Source of the DNA: Rhodoluna sp.
GTDB taxonomy: Bacteria > Actinomycetota > Actinomycetes > Actinomycetales > Microbacteriaceae
DNA length: 64,000 nucleotides
Reading direction: 5' to 3'
Assembly (NCBI GenBank): GCA_044345815.1
Contig: JBIJAI010000004.1
Coordinates: forward strand, 2,585 to 66,584
The translations under genes were made by a program, and so were the position numbers. The notes beneath the pieces were generated by a model that was not told the DNA's origin, ran no database searches, and saw nothing but the letters and a program-made list of their open reading frames with translations. Of this stretch, positions 20,954 to 30,862 are shown in pieces. Position 1 is the stretch's first letter, and every line of letters starts with the position of its first letter.

Positions 20954-22063
20954 CTATCTGGGGCTAAGCGGCAACTTTCTTCCAGCCAACTCTCGGCCAG
21001 CACCTGCAATTGCCCCAGCTATTTGCTCGATGGCTGAGGCAGCAGGATCCTCGGTGTTTTGGCCCAGTAGGGGATTACCGGAATCCGAGCCTTCCCGAAG
21101 TGGGACCGATATTGGAATCTGGCCTAGTAGCGGCACAGCCGTTCCCGATAGTTCCGAGAGGTGCTTAGCAACTAGCTCGCCACCACCGGAACCAAATAGT
21201 TCCATGCGGGTGCCACCGGTTTCTAGGTAGCTCATGTTTTCGATTACTCCGAAGATTGCCTGACCAGTTTGCAAACCAACGGCTCCGCTTCGCTCGGCAA
21301 CTTCGCTTGCTGAAATCTGCGGTGTTGTGACAACGATGGTTTTGGCGGTTGGAAGTAGTTGACCCAAGGTGATTGCTATATCCCCAGTGCCTGGGGGTAG
21401 GTCAACAAGAAGAATGTCTAGATCTGCCCAGAACACATCCGATAGAAACTGTTCTATGGCTCGGTGCAGCATAGGTCCTCGCCAAGCAACTGGAGTGTTA
21501 CCTTCTATAAACATTCCAATAGAAATCACCTTTACACCAAATGCCACCGGCGGCAGAATCAGCTCATCAACCCTTGTTGGCTTTTCGGTAATGCCAAGCT
21601 GGCCAGGAATCGAGAAACCGTAGATGTCAGCATCGATTAGTCCAACTCGTAGCCCTTGAGCTGCCAAAGAAACAGCCAAGTTGGCGGTGATAGTTGATTT
21701 ACCAACTCCGCCTTTTCCGGATCCAATCAGAAAGATGTTTGTCAGAGTGTTGTTATCGAAGGGGTTGTGCTTTAGTGGCTTTCCTCCGCGAAGCTTCGCC
21801 TTTAGAGCATCCCGCTCTGCCGGAGTCATAACAGTAAGTCTGATGATTGCTTCGCTAACGCCTGCGACTGATTCAACGGCTTGCTTGGATTCGGATTCGA
21901 TTCTTCGAGCTGCTGGACACCCAGTGATAGTGAGTTTGATCTCGACATCGGCAACGCCCTCAGCACTGACTGAGATTTCGCCCACCATGTCGAGTTCAGT
22001 TAGGGGGATTCGAAGCTCAGGGTCGATGACCTTAGATAGAGCGTCGCGGATGGCTTCTTGCAC
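20954..22063 (-). CDS. mrp: Mrp/NBP35 (ApbC) Fe-S carrier ATPase
   Basis: DUF59 N-terminus (VIDPEL, GCP), SGKGGVGKST, WRGPM, DLPPGTGD. Confidence 0.93.
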   Translation of the reverse strand: MQEAIRDALSKVIDPELRIPLTELDMVGEISVSAEGVADVEIKLTITGCPAARRIESESKQAVESVAGVSEAIIRLTVMTPAERDALKAKLRGGKPLKHNPFDNNTLTNIFLIGSGKGGVGKSTITANLAVSLAAQGLRVGLIDADIYGFSIPGQLGITEKPTRVDELILPPVAFGVKVISIGMFIEGNTPVAWRGPMLHRAIEQFLSDVFWADLDILLVDLPPGTGDIAITLGQLLPTAKTIVVTTPQISASEVAERSGAVGLQTGQAIFGVIENMSYLETGGTRMELFGSGGGELVAKHLSELSGTAVPLLGQIPISVPLREGSDSGNPLLGQNTEDPAASAIEQIAGAIAGAGRELAGRKLPLSPR

Positions 22064-22098
22064 CCCTTAACTCTAAGGGTTCACTCTTTCGTGCGAGA

Positions 22099-22611
22099 AT
22101 GGAGAACATGAGCCCAAAGCAAATCGAAGGCATTCCTGAAGGTCAGTCCATCGCTTCCTTCACCGACTACAAGCAGGCTGTTTCCTACGTCGAAAAGATG
22201 ATTGAGAACAACTTTCCTGCTCGCTCGGTTTCAATTGTTGGAACTGATCTAAAAACCGTTGAATCAATCAAGGGCAAGCTCGGCTACGGTCGAGTATCGC
22301 TATCCGGCGCGCTCACCGGCTCATGGCTTGGAATGTTTTTTGGATTAATCTTTGGAGCAACAGGCGCTGGCACAGAAGCGGTTCTGCTAACAAACGTCAC
22401 CGCTGGAGTTGTAATCGGTGCTGGTATCGGAATGCTAATCAATGTGATTCGATTCAGCTTGACCAAAAACCGCAGGGGTTTTATCTCGGGTCAAATGGTG
22501 GTTGCTAAAAAGTACGAGATTGTTGTTCCAGCACAGCAACTAGAACTTGCCAAGAAGGCGGTCTCAGACGCCAAACCAAAGACTGCGAAGCCAGCTAAAA
22601 AATCTAGCTGA
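22099..22611 (+). CDS. general stress protein-like membrane protein (YflT-type)
   Basis: SIVGTDLKTVE..G.L.Y..V.LSGA..GSW.G plus two TM segments; alternative start at 22108. Confidence 0.75.
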   Translation: MENMSPKQIEGIPEGQSIASFTDYKQAVSYVEKMIENNFPARSVSIVGTDLKTVESIKGKLGYGRVSLSGALTGSWLGMFFGLIFGATGAGTEAVLLTNVTAGVVIGAGIGMLINVIRFSLTKNRRGFISGQMVVAKKYEIVVPAQQLELAKKAVSDAKPKTAKPAKKSS

Positions 22612-23986
22612 GTTTTGCCATCCAAGCTTCGATCTCATCCGGTTTTCTTGGCAAAGCGCGAGATAAATTCTCGACTCCGTTAGCGGTCACCAGGACATCA
22701 TCTTCAATTCGAATTCCGATTCCTCGGAATTTCTCCGGGGCTAGAAGATCATCGGCGTGGAAGTAGAGCCCTGGCTCGATGGTGAAAATCATGCCTTCTT
22801 TTAGCTCAGCATCCAGATACATTTCTTTTCTGGCCTGAGCGCAGTCGTGCACATCAATCCCTAGGTGGTGGCTGGTGCCGTGCACCATCCAGCGGCGGTG
22901 GAACTGCTTATTCTCATCGAGTGATTCCTCAGCGCTAACCGGAAGAATTCCCCAGTCGGCAGTTTTTTGAGCAATCACCTTCATAGCTGCAGCGTGAATC
23001 TCGCGGAACTTGATTCCAGGCTTAGCGATTGCAAAAGCCGCATCGGCAGCTTCAAGAACAGCCAGGTAGATATCTTTCTGGGCCTCTGTGAACTTGCCAG
23101 CTACCGGAAGAGTTCTTGTGATATCTGCTGTGTACAGTGAATCAGCTTCTACGCCGGCATCAACTAGTACTAGCTCGCCCTGCTTTACTTCGCCGTCGTT
23201 TGATATCCAATGCAGCACGCAGGCGTTTTTGCCAGCAGCCGCAATGGTGTCGTAGCCAAGATCATTTCCTTCTTGCCGAGCCCTCGCGAAAAAGGCAGTT
23301 TCGATTACTCGCTCGCCTTTAGGGATGCCGACAGATTTTGGTAGCACGCGAACAATATCTTCAAAACCTCGAACGCTTGCGGCTACGGCAAGGCGCATCT
23401 GTTCGATCTCGTAAGAATCTTTGATGAGTCGAAGCTCTGAAACAAACTGGGCAAGTTCTTGGTTTTCAAGATCTAGCTTGTCTGCGCCTTCAAGGTATGC
23501 AACTAGTTCTGCTAGATCTCTGGTTTCTATATCCAGCAAGCTTGAGATTTCTTCAAGAGTCGGCCGTGCTCCTACCCAGAACTCGCCAATTGCAGGGTTA
23601 GCAAAGAACTCATCGGAGTCTTTTCCGGCAGTTGGGCGAAGGAACAGTATGTCTTTGTTTTGCTTGGTGTCGATAACAAGTACTGAGTCGGCAACTGTCC
23701 TGGAGCCCCAACCGGTGAGATGAGCAAAGGCTGCGTGAGGGCGGTAGCGATACTCGGTGTCGTTAGATCTAGTCTTTGGAGCTCCAGCTTCAATAACAAG
23801 AACTTTGCCTGGAAATGCTGCAGCTACAGCTTGACGTCTAGTTTTGGCAAAAGGTGCGACCGGATCTTGTGCCACCTTGACTGGAGCGTTGTCGGCCCAA
23901 CCACTTGATATGTAGTCAAGGAATTCTTTGCTGTGAGGGGTGCGGGATCTGGTTGCACCCTTATCTGGATTTTCCGCCTGATTCAT
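22604..23986 (-). CDS. pepP: Xaa-Pro aminopeptidase (aminopeptidase P family)
   Basis: DAGVE, ADITRT, HGTSHHLGIDVHD, TIEPGLY, GIRIEDD. Confidence 0.93.
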   Translation of the reverse strand: MNQAENPDKGATRSRTPHSKEFLDYISSGWADNAPVKVAQDPVAPFAKTRRQAVAAAFPGKVLVIEAGAPKTRSNDTEYRYRPHAAFAHLTGWGSRTVADSVLVIDTKQNKDILFLRPTAGKDSDEFFANPAIGEFWVGARPTLEEISSLLDIETRDLAELVAYLEGADKLDLENQELAQFVSELRLIKDSYEIEQMRLAVAASVRGFEDIVRVLPKSVGIPKGERVIETAFFARARQEGNDLGYDTIAAAGKNACVLHWISNDGEVKQGELVLVDAGVEADSLYTADITRTLPVAGKFTEAQKDIYLAVLEAADAAFAIAKPGIKFREIHAAAMKVIAQKTADWGILPVSAEESLDENKQFHRRWMVHGTSHHLGIDVHDCAQARKEMYLDAELKEGMIFTIEPGLYFHADDLLAPEKFRGIGIRIEDDVLVTANGVENLSRALPRKPDEIEAWMAKLS

Positions 23987-24061
23987 CCCTCCATTGTGTC
24001 ATTGCCCACGGGGAATTTTGTTTTGCGTAGTCTAGGAATAACAAGATAAGGGCAATAACTT

Positions 24062-24946
24062 ATGGTCAAGATCGACCTACATACCCACTCAACCCGCTCA
24101 GATGGGCTTGATTCGCCGAGCGAACTGATTGCCAACGCTGCCAAGGCAGGCGTTAATGTGATTGCCCTAACCGATCACGACACCGTTTCGGGCTGGGACG
24201 AAGCTCGCGGTAAAGCATTTGAGATGGGGTTGGGGTTTGTCCCCGGAATTGAAGTCACCTCTGTTTCTGATATCCAACGTTTCGGAAAAACTATTCGTAT
24301 TTCGGTGCACCTTCTGGCATACCTTCCAGACCCAGATCACGAAGCGTTAGAGATTGTCTTGGGCGATACCGTCGCAACGAGGGAAGCAAGAGGCCGAGCA
24401 ATAGTTGAAAAACTTGCTGAGCAGATTCCAATTACTTGGGAAATGGTTTTGGAGCACTTAGATGAAGGTGCGACCATAGGTCGCCCCGCTATTGCCGACA
24501 CTTTGGTGTCCATGGGATTAGTAGCCGATAGAAGTGCGGCCTTTGACTATTACCTTTCTACCGATGGGCCGTTCTACGTTTCACACTCCACTGTTTCTAC
24601 CCTTGAGGCAATTGGTCTTATCAGGCAGGCCGGGGGAGTGCCTGTTATTGCTCACCCGTTGAAGGGTGTAGGTCCTGATACCGACCCAGAAGATCTCCCG
24701 CTCGCCCACTTTGAGGAAATGATTGCAACCGGTTTGCAAGGTGTTGAGGTTTACCACCGCGACGTTCCAGAAACTGCCAGAAAGTGGCTGCTAGAACTTG
24801 CCCACAAACATGAGCTTGTTGTCACTGGATCAAGTGACTATCACGGGGTCTCAGGAAAGCCAAACCAACTTGGCGAGAACACAACTTCTCAGGAAATGTT
24901 GGATCGAATTGTTGTGCTTGGAACTGGAACTAAGCCTTCGCTTTAG
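24062..24946 (+). CDS. PHP domain metal-dependent phosphoesterase (TrpH/YciV-like)
   Basis: DLHTHS..SDG, ALTDHDT, GIE, AHP, GSSDYHG. Confidence 0.9.
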   Translation: MVKIDLHTHSTRSDGLDSPSELIANAAKAGVNVIALTDHDTVSGWDEARGKAFEMGLGFVPGIEVTSVSDIQRFGKTIRISVHLLAYLPDPDHEALEIVLGDTVATREARGRAIVEKLAEQIPITWEMVLEHLDEGATIGRPAIADTLVSMGLVADRSAAFDYYLSTDGPFYVSHSTVSTLEAIGLIRQAGGVPVIAHPLKGVGPDTDPEDLPLAHFEEMIATGLQGVEVYHRDVPETARKWLLELAHKHELVVTGSSDYHGVSGKPNQLGENTTSQEMLDRIVVLGTGTKPSL

Positions 24947-26325
24947 CTTTGTCCACCGCGAGTGCGGTTTCTAGTTTTTGAGCTTCTAGGCGGACGAGGT
25001 TCTGATCTAGGCTCTGAAGATCCCGACTTACTGTCTTTCGAATCTGATTTAGGTCTTGCTGATCCGCTTCTTGGAGCAGAGCGCTTTTGTCCTGGTCTAC
25101 CACCTCGATCTCCTGCTGGCTTGGCACCTTCAACCCTGGTTGATGCTTTGATTCTTCCCTTGGTTCCAGCTGGAATGTTCAGATCAGAAAAAAGATGTTC
25201 AGAGCTTGAGTAGGTTTCCATAGGTTCTGGTTGGCCGAAGGAAAGTTCTTTGTCGATGTGTGTCCAGCGAGCTAGATCTTCCCAGTCCACGAATGTGACG
25301 GCAGTTCCAAGTCTTCCGGCACGGCCGGTTCTGCCAACTCGGTGAAGGTATGCCTTCTCATCTTCTGGAACTGAGTAGTTGATTACATGAGTTACGTCGT
25401 CAACATCAATACCTCGGGCTGCAACCTCAGTTGCTACCAGGATGTCTTTTTTGCCTGTACGGAAAGCAATCATTGATTTTTCTCGGGCTTCTTGAGACAT
25501 GTCTCCATGCAGCGCGCTTGCGTTAAAGCCGCGGTCAATTAGCTCATCGGAAAGCTTGGCAGCTTGGCGCTTAGTGCGGCAGAAAATTACTGTCTTACCT
25601 CGGCCTTCGGCCTGCAGGATGCGACCAACTACTTCATCTTTATCCAGTGAGTGGGCACGGTAAACAAACTGCTTGATGTCGGCTTTGGTTAGTCCTTCGT
25701 CGGGGTCGTTTACTCGAATGTGTACCGGCTTGTTTTGGTACTTTCTTGCCAAAGAGACGATGGCTCCTGGCATCGTTGCCGAGAACAACATGGTCTGGCG
25801 ATTTTCTGGGGTGTAAGCAAAAAGTCTTTCAACATCTGGCAAGAATCCAAGATCTAGCATTTCGTCTGCTTCATCTAGCACCATGAACTGAATGCTGGTT
25901 AGATCTAGCTTTTTCTGTTTGGAAAGATCAATTAATCGTCCAGGGGTTCCAACAATGATCTGCGCCCCCGCGTCAATCTCTGCAACTTGTCCTTCGTACG
26001 CTTTTCCGCCGTAAATGGCCGCAACTGTTGTTGAGCGATTACTGCAGGCAAGCTTTAGATCTTCTGCAACCTGGATGGCTAATTCTCTAGTTGGAACAAC
26101 TACCAATGCTTTTGCGCCGTGTGATGGGTCTTTGCCCAAGCTCTGAATAAGAGGTAGACCAAAGCCGAGAGTCTTTCCGGTTCCAGTTTTTGCCTGACCG
26201 ATGATGTCTTGTCCGGTTAGGGCAAGCGGGATGGCCTGCTCCTGGATTGGAAATGGGCTGGTAATTCCACGGGCCTCTAGGGCCTCGGATATATCGCTGT
26301 CGATACCTAGATCTTTGAAAGTCAA
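24943..26325 (-). CDS. DEAD-box RNA helicase
   Basis: Q motif PFPIQ, AKTGTGKT, PTRELA, LDEADEM, SAT, HRVGRTGRAG; basic C-terminal tail. Confidence 0.95.
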   Translation of the reverse strand: MTFKDLGIDSDISEALEARGITSPFPIQEQAIPLALTGQDIIGQAKTGTGKTLGFGLPLIQSLGKDPSHGAKALVVVPTRELAIQVAEDLKLACSNRSTTVAAIYGGKAYEGQVAEIDAGAQIIVGTPGRLIDLSKQKKLDLTSIQFMVLDEADEMLDLGFLPDVERLFAYTPENRQTMLFSATMPGAIVSLARKYQNKPVHIRVNDPDEGLTKADIKQFVYRAHSLDKDEVVGRILQAEGRGKTVIFCRTKRQAAKLSDELIDRGFNASALHGDMSQEAREKSMIAFRTGKKDILVATEVAARGIDVDDVTHVINYSVPEDEKAYLHRVGRTGRAGRLGTAVTFVDWEDLARWTHIDKELSFGQPEPMETYSSSEHLFSDLNIPAGTKGRIKASTRVEGAKPAGDRGGRPGQKRSAPRSGSARPKSDSKDSKSGSSEPRSEPRPPRSSKTRNRTRGGQS

Positions 26326-26389
26326 AATGCTCCTATATATGCTCTTCCTACTCTACTTGCACCCTTGCTAAGGCGTATATGCTTGAAGG

Positions 26390-27163
26390 ATGTTCGAGTG
26401 GCTGAAGGCGTTTCGCAAAAAGGTTGGAAAGCTTGTTCTTCCTGATCGTGAAGAAAAAACTGGTCGCAACCAGGGCAAGGTAAACCTAAAGCCATACACT
26501 CCAGAACCTAAGGCTTACCTAGGTCAACTGGCATATCTGTTGCTTTCAAACTTTGAAATTCTCACTAACGAGCTTAAGTACTCACCAACCACCCAATACA
26601 AAGCTGAGCTATCAGAAGCTGCTGCCAAGAGTTTTGAAAAATACCGCACCGTTTCAAAAAAGCTGGTTGGTTTGGGATTTGATGTCACCGATTCGATGGA
26701 TCCATTCACCGACCGAGTCGACACTTTTCACTCCAGAACCGCTGGCATTGACTGGTACGAATCGGTAATCAAGATCTACTTGGTATCCGGATTGCTGGAT
26801 GATTTCTATGGACGACTTGCAGCAGGCCTGAACAAGGAGCTTCGCGAAGCTGTTGAGAAGGCACTTTCGGATAAGACCTTCGAAAAGTTTGCCAAGAAGG
26901 TTCTAGTTGAAGGCATGGCCGCCAACCCACAACTCGAATCTCGGCTAGCGCTTTGGGGAAGGCGCCTGATGGGGGATGTCCTGCTCGAAGTTAGGGCTGC
27001 CTTTGACAATCGCAAGCTTGCTGGAGTCGATAAGAATTCAAAGCTGACTCTTGAGCAGGAGCGAAAAGTAAACCTTGAGTCTTACTCAAAGATTGAGCCG
27101 CTAGTGACCGAAATGATCGCGGCTCACTCGCTTCGAATGGATGCGGTCGGACTTACCGCGTAG
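26390..27163 (+). CDS. ferritin-like fold (MiaE-like) protein
   Basis: Helical protein with LGQLAY, DWYE, LALWGRRLMGD, H..RM..VGL motifs; conserved DEAD helicase neighbour. Confidence 0.8.
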   Translation: MFEWLKAFRKKVGKLVLPDREEKTGRNQGKVNLKPYTPEPKAYLGQLAYLLLSNFEILTNELKYSPTTQYKAELSEAAAKSFEKYRTVSKKLVGLGFDVTDSMDPFTDRVDTFHSRTAGIDWYESVIKIYLVSGLLDDFYGRLAAGLNKELREAVEKALSDKTFEKFAKKVLVEGMAANPQLESRLALWGRRLMGDVLLEVRAAFDNRKLAGVDKNSKLTLEQERKVNLESYSKIEPLVTEMIAAHSLRMDAVGLTA

Positions 27164-27437
27164 CAGCTAGTGCTTGCTCGTCCAACTTTGCGCGGTGCTT
27201 ATCTAGCGCCTTTGATCCAAAGAACATCGCTACCGGCATTCCAAGCATCACAATCGACCAGATCCAGGCGTCGGTGTAGCCAAAGCCAAGCCAGGTAAGC
27301 AAAACCCAAAGAACCGATCCTGTTGCCAGTCCGATTACTGGTGGAACAAAAGACCCGTAGCGGTCAGAGCCAATTTGAACGTATGGTGCGACAAGACCAA
27401 GGATTGCAGCATAAAAAACAATGAATAGAAATTCCAT
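27153..27437 (-). CDS. small membrane protein (about 3 TM), unknown function
   Basis: Hydrophobic 94 aa ORF, translationally coupled to DUF3107. Confidence 0.75.
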   Translation of the reverse strand: MEFLFIVFYAAILGLVAPYVQIGSDRYGSFVPPVIGLATGSVLWVLLTWLGFGYTDAWIWSIVMLGMPVAMFFGSKALDKHRAKLDEQALAATR

Positions 27438-27661
27438 TAGGCGATGAACCCAACCCTTCTAGCTTCCTCTGCGCCGATCTCTAGGTAGGCAAGGGCTTCG
27501 GTAGGAACCAAAAAGACGTTACCTTTTGAGTCGGTTAGGTTGATCAGCTTTGAGCTGGACTCGATTGCTTCAGCAACCTTTTTCTCAACTGCCGCCGCTG
27601 ACTCCGATGTGTCGAAACTTAGCTCGCGAGCTGAGTGCTTGATGCCGATTCTGATGTCCAT
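27437..27661 (-). CDS. DUF3107 domain protein
   Basis: MDIRIGIKHSAREL...LTDSKG...LAYLEIG....RRVGF. Confidence 0.88.
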   Translation of the reverse strand: MDIRIGIKHSARELSFDTSESAAAVEKKVAEAIESSSKLINLTDSKGNVFLVPTEALAYLEIGAEEARRVGFIA

Positions 27662-27714
27662 GACCAACCTTTCTGGTACTAGATTACGGCCATTTTACAA
27701 AGACTCGAACCAGG

Positions 27715-27736
27715 TGTCAGAGGGCTTTAGTATCTT
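27715..27736 (+). promoter_or_regulatory. RecA-NDp / PafBC-type DNA-damage promoter of adnAB
   Basis: TGTCAG (27715-20), 10 nt spacer, TATCTT (27731-36), 6 nt before the adnA ATG; matches TGTCRG-N10-TAnnnT. Confidence 0.75.
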
Positions 27737-27742
27737 GGGGGA

Positions 27743-30700
27743 ATGACCGATGTGAAATTTGTGCAATCAACACGCTTTTCATCTGTCAACTCCCTTGATC
27801 TATCCCCAACCCAGAAAAAAGTTAGAGACCTTCCTTTAGATACCGTCACGCCAGTGTTTGGCTCTCCAGGTTCTGGCAAAACTGCGGCACTGGTTTCCCG
27901 ATTCTTATCTCTTACAGCTAGCGGGCTTGAAACAGACCAGATAGTGGTGATCGCCGCAACCCGCGAATCAGCTAACACACTTCGCGATCAGTTGGCTCTG
28001 GAATTCCAAGGGGCAACCGCAGGTCCGCTCGCCAAAACCTTAACCAGCCTTGCGTTTTCGATTTTGGCTGAAGGTGCAAAGCGTGAGGGAAAGAAAGCTC
28101 CGGTTCTAGTTAGCGGTAGCGAGCAAGATCAGCTTCTAAAAGAAGTACTAGCTGAACTAGATCAAAGCCTCTGGCCCAAGCATCTTGATTCCACAGTTCG
28201 TTCGCTAACTGGCTTTCGAACCGAACTTCGAGATTTGATTGCAGCTTGCCTGGAACACGGAATTTCACCTAACGAACTAACTGAATTAGGAAAAGCCCAG
28301 GGGTTGACTGAGTGGATTGCATCGGCTGCTTGCTACGCAAGCTATTTGAAAAAACTCAAGGAGTCCGATAGGGCGCGCTATGACTCCGCTTCCTTGCTTC
28401 GTTCCGCTGCCATAGCTCTTGAGTCAGTGGATACGTTCCCGGCAGAGCTAGCCAAGCTTTCAGCGGTCTTGGTTGATGATGCCCAGGAGCTAACGCCAGC
28501 AGCAGCAGAGCTGCTGTTTCAGCTAACCCGATTTGGCGCAGGCTTGATGCTTATTGGCGATCCAGATGTTGCAACACTCGGATTTAGGGTTGCTAATCCA
28601 AAGACTATGACTGAGCTTTGTGAGCGCATTGGTTCCAGGTCCGGCAAAAGAATCGAACCAATCTTTTTGGAGCCAACTCACGCAATTCGTCGACCTGAAA
28701 TTTCAGCTGCACTTGCCAAGATCAGCTCATCAATTGATGCAGCTCGTGCCGGAAGGCAACGAAAAGGGCTGAATCCACCAGCAGCAGCAAAAACTAACGA
28801 AGAGGGTATGCAGGTTCGAGTCTTTCGCTCCGAGAGCGAGGAGTTTTCCTTTGTTGCTGGCGAGCTTCGACGAAGGCACCTGTTTGACGAAATTCCTTGG
28901 TCGAAGATGGCCGTTGTTGCAAGATCTCGACCAGCGCTTGAAAAACTTGCTTTGACCCTCAGCGCAGAATCAGTTCCCGTTCAGGTTGTCGGTTCTGCAA
29001 CATCCTTGCGAGACGATCACTCTTCAGGACAGCTTCTCAAACTTGCGAAGGTTTGTTTGAGCGATGAGCCAGTAGGGCTAGAGCTAGCCACCGAGTTGCT
29101 CACTTCCGAGTTTGGGGGATTGGACCAGCTTGGAATATTGAGGCTGAAGCGTTCGCTTCGAAAGCAAACGGAAGATTATGAAGGCTCATCTGAGCAGCTA
29201 CTGCTGGAAGCCTTTGCAAACCCAAATTCACTTTCCATAATTCGAAGCCCAGAGGCAAGACAAGCCGAGAAGCTAGTTCGCCTAATGGAAAAAACCAAAG
29301 AGCTTGGAAACCAAGTTGGCACAACAGCCGAGGCAGTGCTTTGGAATTTAGTTTCTGAAACTGGGGTGCTCAAGCGCTGGGAGAATTTATCTCGCGGGGT
29401 ATCCGAGATTGCTATCCAGGCTGGAAGAAATCTTGATTCGATTCTTTCGCTGTTTGCCGCTGCAGCCAGGTTTGCCGAGCGCTACCCAAGTGCTCTGGCT
29501 ATTGAATTTATTCAGGATCAACTGGAGCGTGAGATTCCAGAGGATTCGCTAGCGCTGAATAACCGAAGTGGTGAGTACGTAGCTCTTCTTACTCCTTCGG
29601 GCCTTATCGGAAAGCGCTTCGACACTGTTGTGTTGCCAGGGCTAAGCGAAGGGGTTTGGCCAAATCTAAAGCCTCGATCTTCATTGCTTGGCGCAAATGT
29701 TCTAGATGCGTTGGTTGCAGGGGAGATAACCCAAGCTCGTGAGCTAAAGCGCTCAGAGCTTCCAGGGGAGCTTCGAATGCTAAACAAGGCAGCTGGAGCT
29801 TGTGGTCAGCTTCTAATTCTTTCCGCAACCGATAAAGAAGATCAGCAGCTTTCACAGTTCCTGCCTTTGGTGCACGGTAGCTACCCGCAAACAGAGTCAA
29901 ATGTAGCCAAGACTTACACTCTTCGGTCAATTGTTGGAGAACTCCGCAGAGAACTTGCCTCGGGTAAGTCCTCAAATCCTGAACAAGCCGCGCTTGGGCT
30001 GGCGCGCCTTGCTGCTGCTGGTGTGCCTGGGGCATCACCTAGAAGTTGGTATGGACTACTTCCCGTTTCCACAACTGAGCCGCTGACTGATTTAGAAAAT
30101 CAGCAGCTGCAGATTCGTCCATCACAGCTCGACAATTTCTTGCAGTGCCCACTTCACTGGTTTATCGAAACTCACGGAGGATCGGCTGGATCTTTTCAGG
30201 CCTCACTTGGCTCACTGATCCACGAGGTTTTGGAAGCAACAGATTCCTCAGATATTGCAGAGCTTGAAAAGCTAAAGCTTTCACGTTGGAACTCTTTGGA
30301 GTTTGAAGCCGACTGGCTGGAAGATTTAGGTAAACGCCAAGCAGCCCGAATGCTGTCAAACCTTGCTGAGTACCTGAAGCAGTTTGAATCAGACGGTGGT
30401 CGGGTTTTAGCCAAAGAGCAAAACTTTAGCTTCGAACTTGGAAACATTATGGTTCGTGGGCAAGTTGACCGAATAGAGCAACTAGCCGATGGCAATGTTG
30501 TCATTGTTGACCTAAAAACCGGAAAACCAACCGCAACAGCTGCTGAAACTTTGGTGAATCCTCAACTCGCCCTTTATCAAATGGCAGTTCTAGAAGGTGG
30601 CTTCAAAGAACTAGATGCAATCGACCCCAAGCAACTTGCTGGAGCAAAGCTACTTATAGTTGGGGGAGCCAAGGCCCAAGAGCGCAAGCAGCCAGCGATG

Positions 30701-30862
30701 GACGCTCAAGAATCAGCCAGATTCAAAAAGCTTTTGCTGGATTGCTCTGAAGGAATGTCGAAATCGGTATTTGTAGCGGAACTTTCTAATCACTGTGAAT
30801 CGGAAAGATCTTACGGCTCTTGCTCGCTACATCTAACTCCGGCGGTGAGCTATGTCGGCTAG
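27743..30862 (+). CDS. adnA: AdnA helicase-nuclease subunit (UvrD-like domain + RecB-type nuclease)
   Basis: GSPGSGKT, degenerate Walker B VDDAQE, C-terminal RGQVDRIE..IVDLKTG..QLALY; paired with adnB. Confidence 0.88.
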   Translation: MTDVKFVQSTRFSSVNSLDLSPTQKKVRDLPLDTVTPVFGSPGSGKTAALVSRFLSLTASGLETDQIVVIAATRESANTLRDQLALEFQGATAGPLAKTLTSLAFSILAEGAKREGKKAPVLVSGSEQDQLLKEVLAELDQSLWPKHLDSTVRSLTGFRTELRDLIAACLEHGISPNELTELGKAQGLTEWIASAACYASYLKKLKESDRARYDSASLLRSAAIALESVDTFPAELAKLSAVLVDDAQELTPAAAELLFQLTRFGAGLMLIGDPDVATLGFRVANPKTMTELCERIGSRSGKRIEPIFLEPTHAIRRPEISAALAKISSSIDAARAGRQRKGLNPPAAAKTNEEGMQVRVFRSESEEFSFVAGELRRRHLFDEIPWSKMAVVARSRPALEKLALTLSAESVPVQVVGSATSLRDDHSSGQLLKLAKVCLSDEPVGLELATELLTSEFGGLDQLGILRLKRSLRKQTEDYEGSSEQLLLEAFANPNSLSIIRSPEARQAEKLVRLMEKTKELGNQVGTTAEAVLWNLVSETGVLKRWENLSRGVSEIAIQAGRNLDSILSLFAAAARFAERYPSALAIEFIQDQLEREIPEDSLALNNRSGEYVALLTPSGLIGKRFDTVVLPGLSEGVWPNLKPRSSLLGANVLDALVAGEITQARELKRSELPGELRMLNKAAGACGQLLILSATDKEDQQLSQFLPLVHGSYPQTESNVAKTYTLRSIVGELRRELASGKSSNPEQAALGLARLAAAGVPGASPRSWYGLLPVSTTEPLTDLENQQLQIRPSQLDNFLQCPLHWFIETHGGSAGSFQASLGSLIHEVLEATDSSDIAELEKLKLSRWNSLEFEADWLEDLGKRQAARMLSNLAEYLKQFESDGGRVLAKEQNFSFELGNIMVRGQVDRIEQLADGNVVIVDLKTGKPTATAAETLVNPQLALYQMAVLEGGFKELDAIDPKQLAGAKLLIVGGAKAQERKQPAMDAQESARFKKLLLDCSEGMSKSVFVAELSNHCESERSYGSCSLHLTPAVSYVG

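Noticed and set aside
27705-27720. LexA SOS box upstream of adnA
   Set aside because: Only the TCGAAC half-site is present; the second half reads TGTCAG, which fits the PafBC motif instead.
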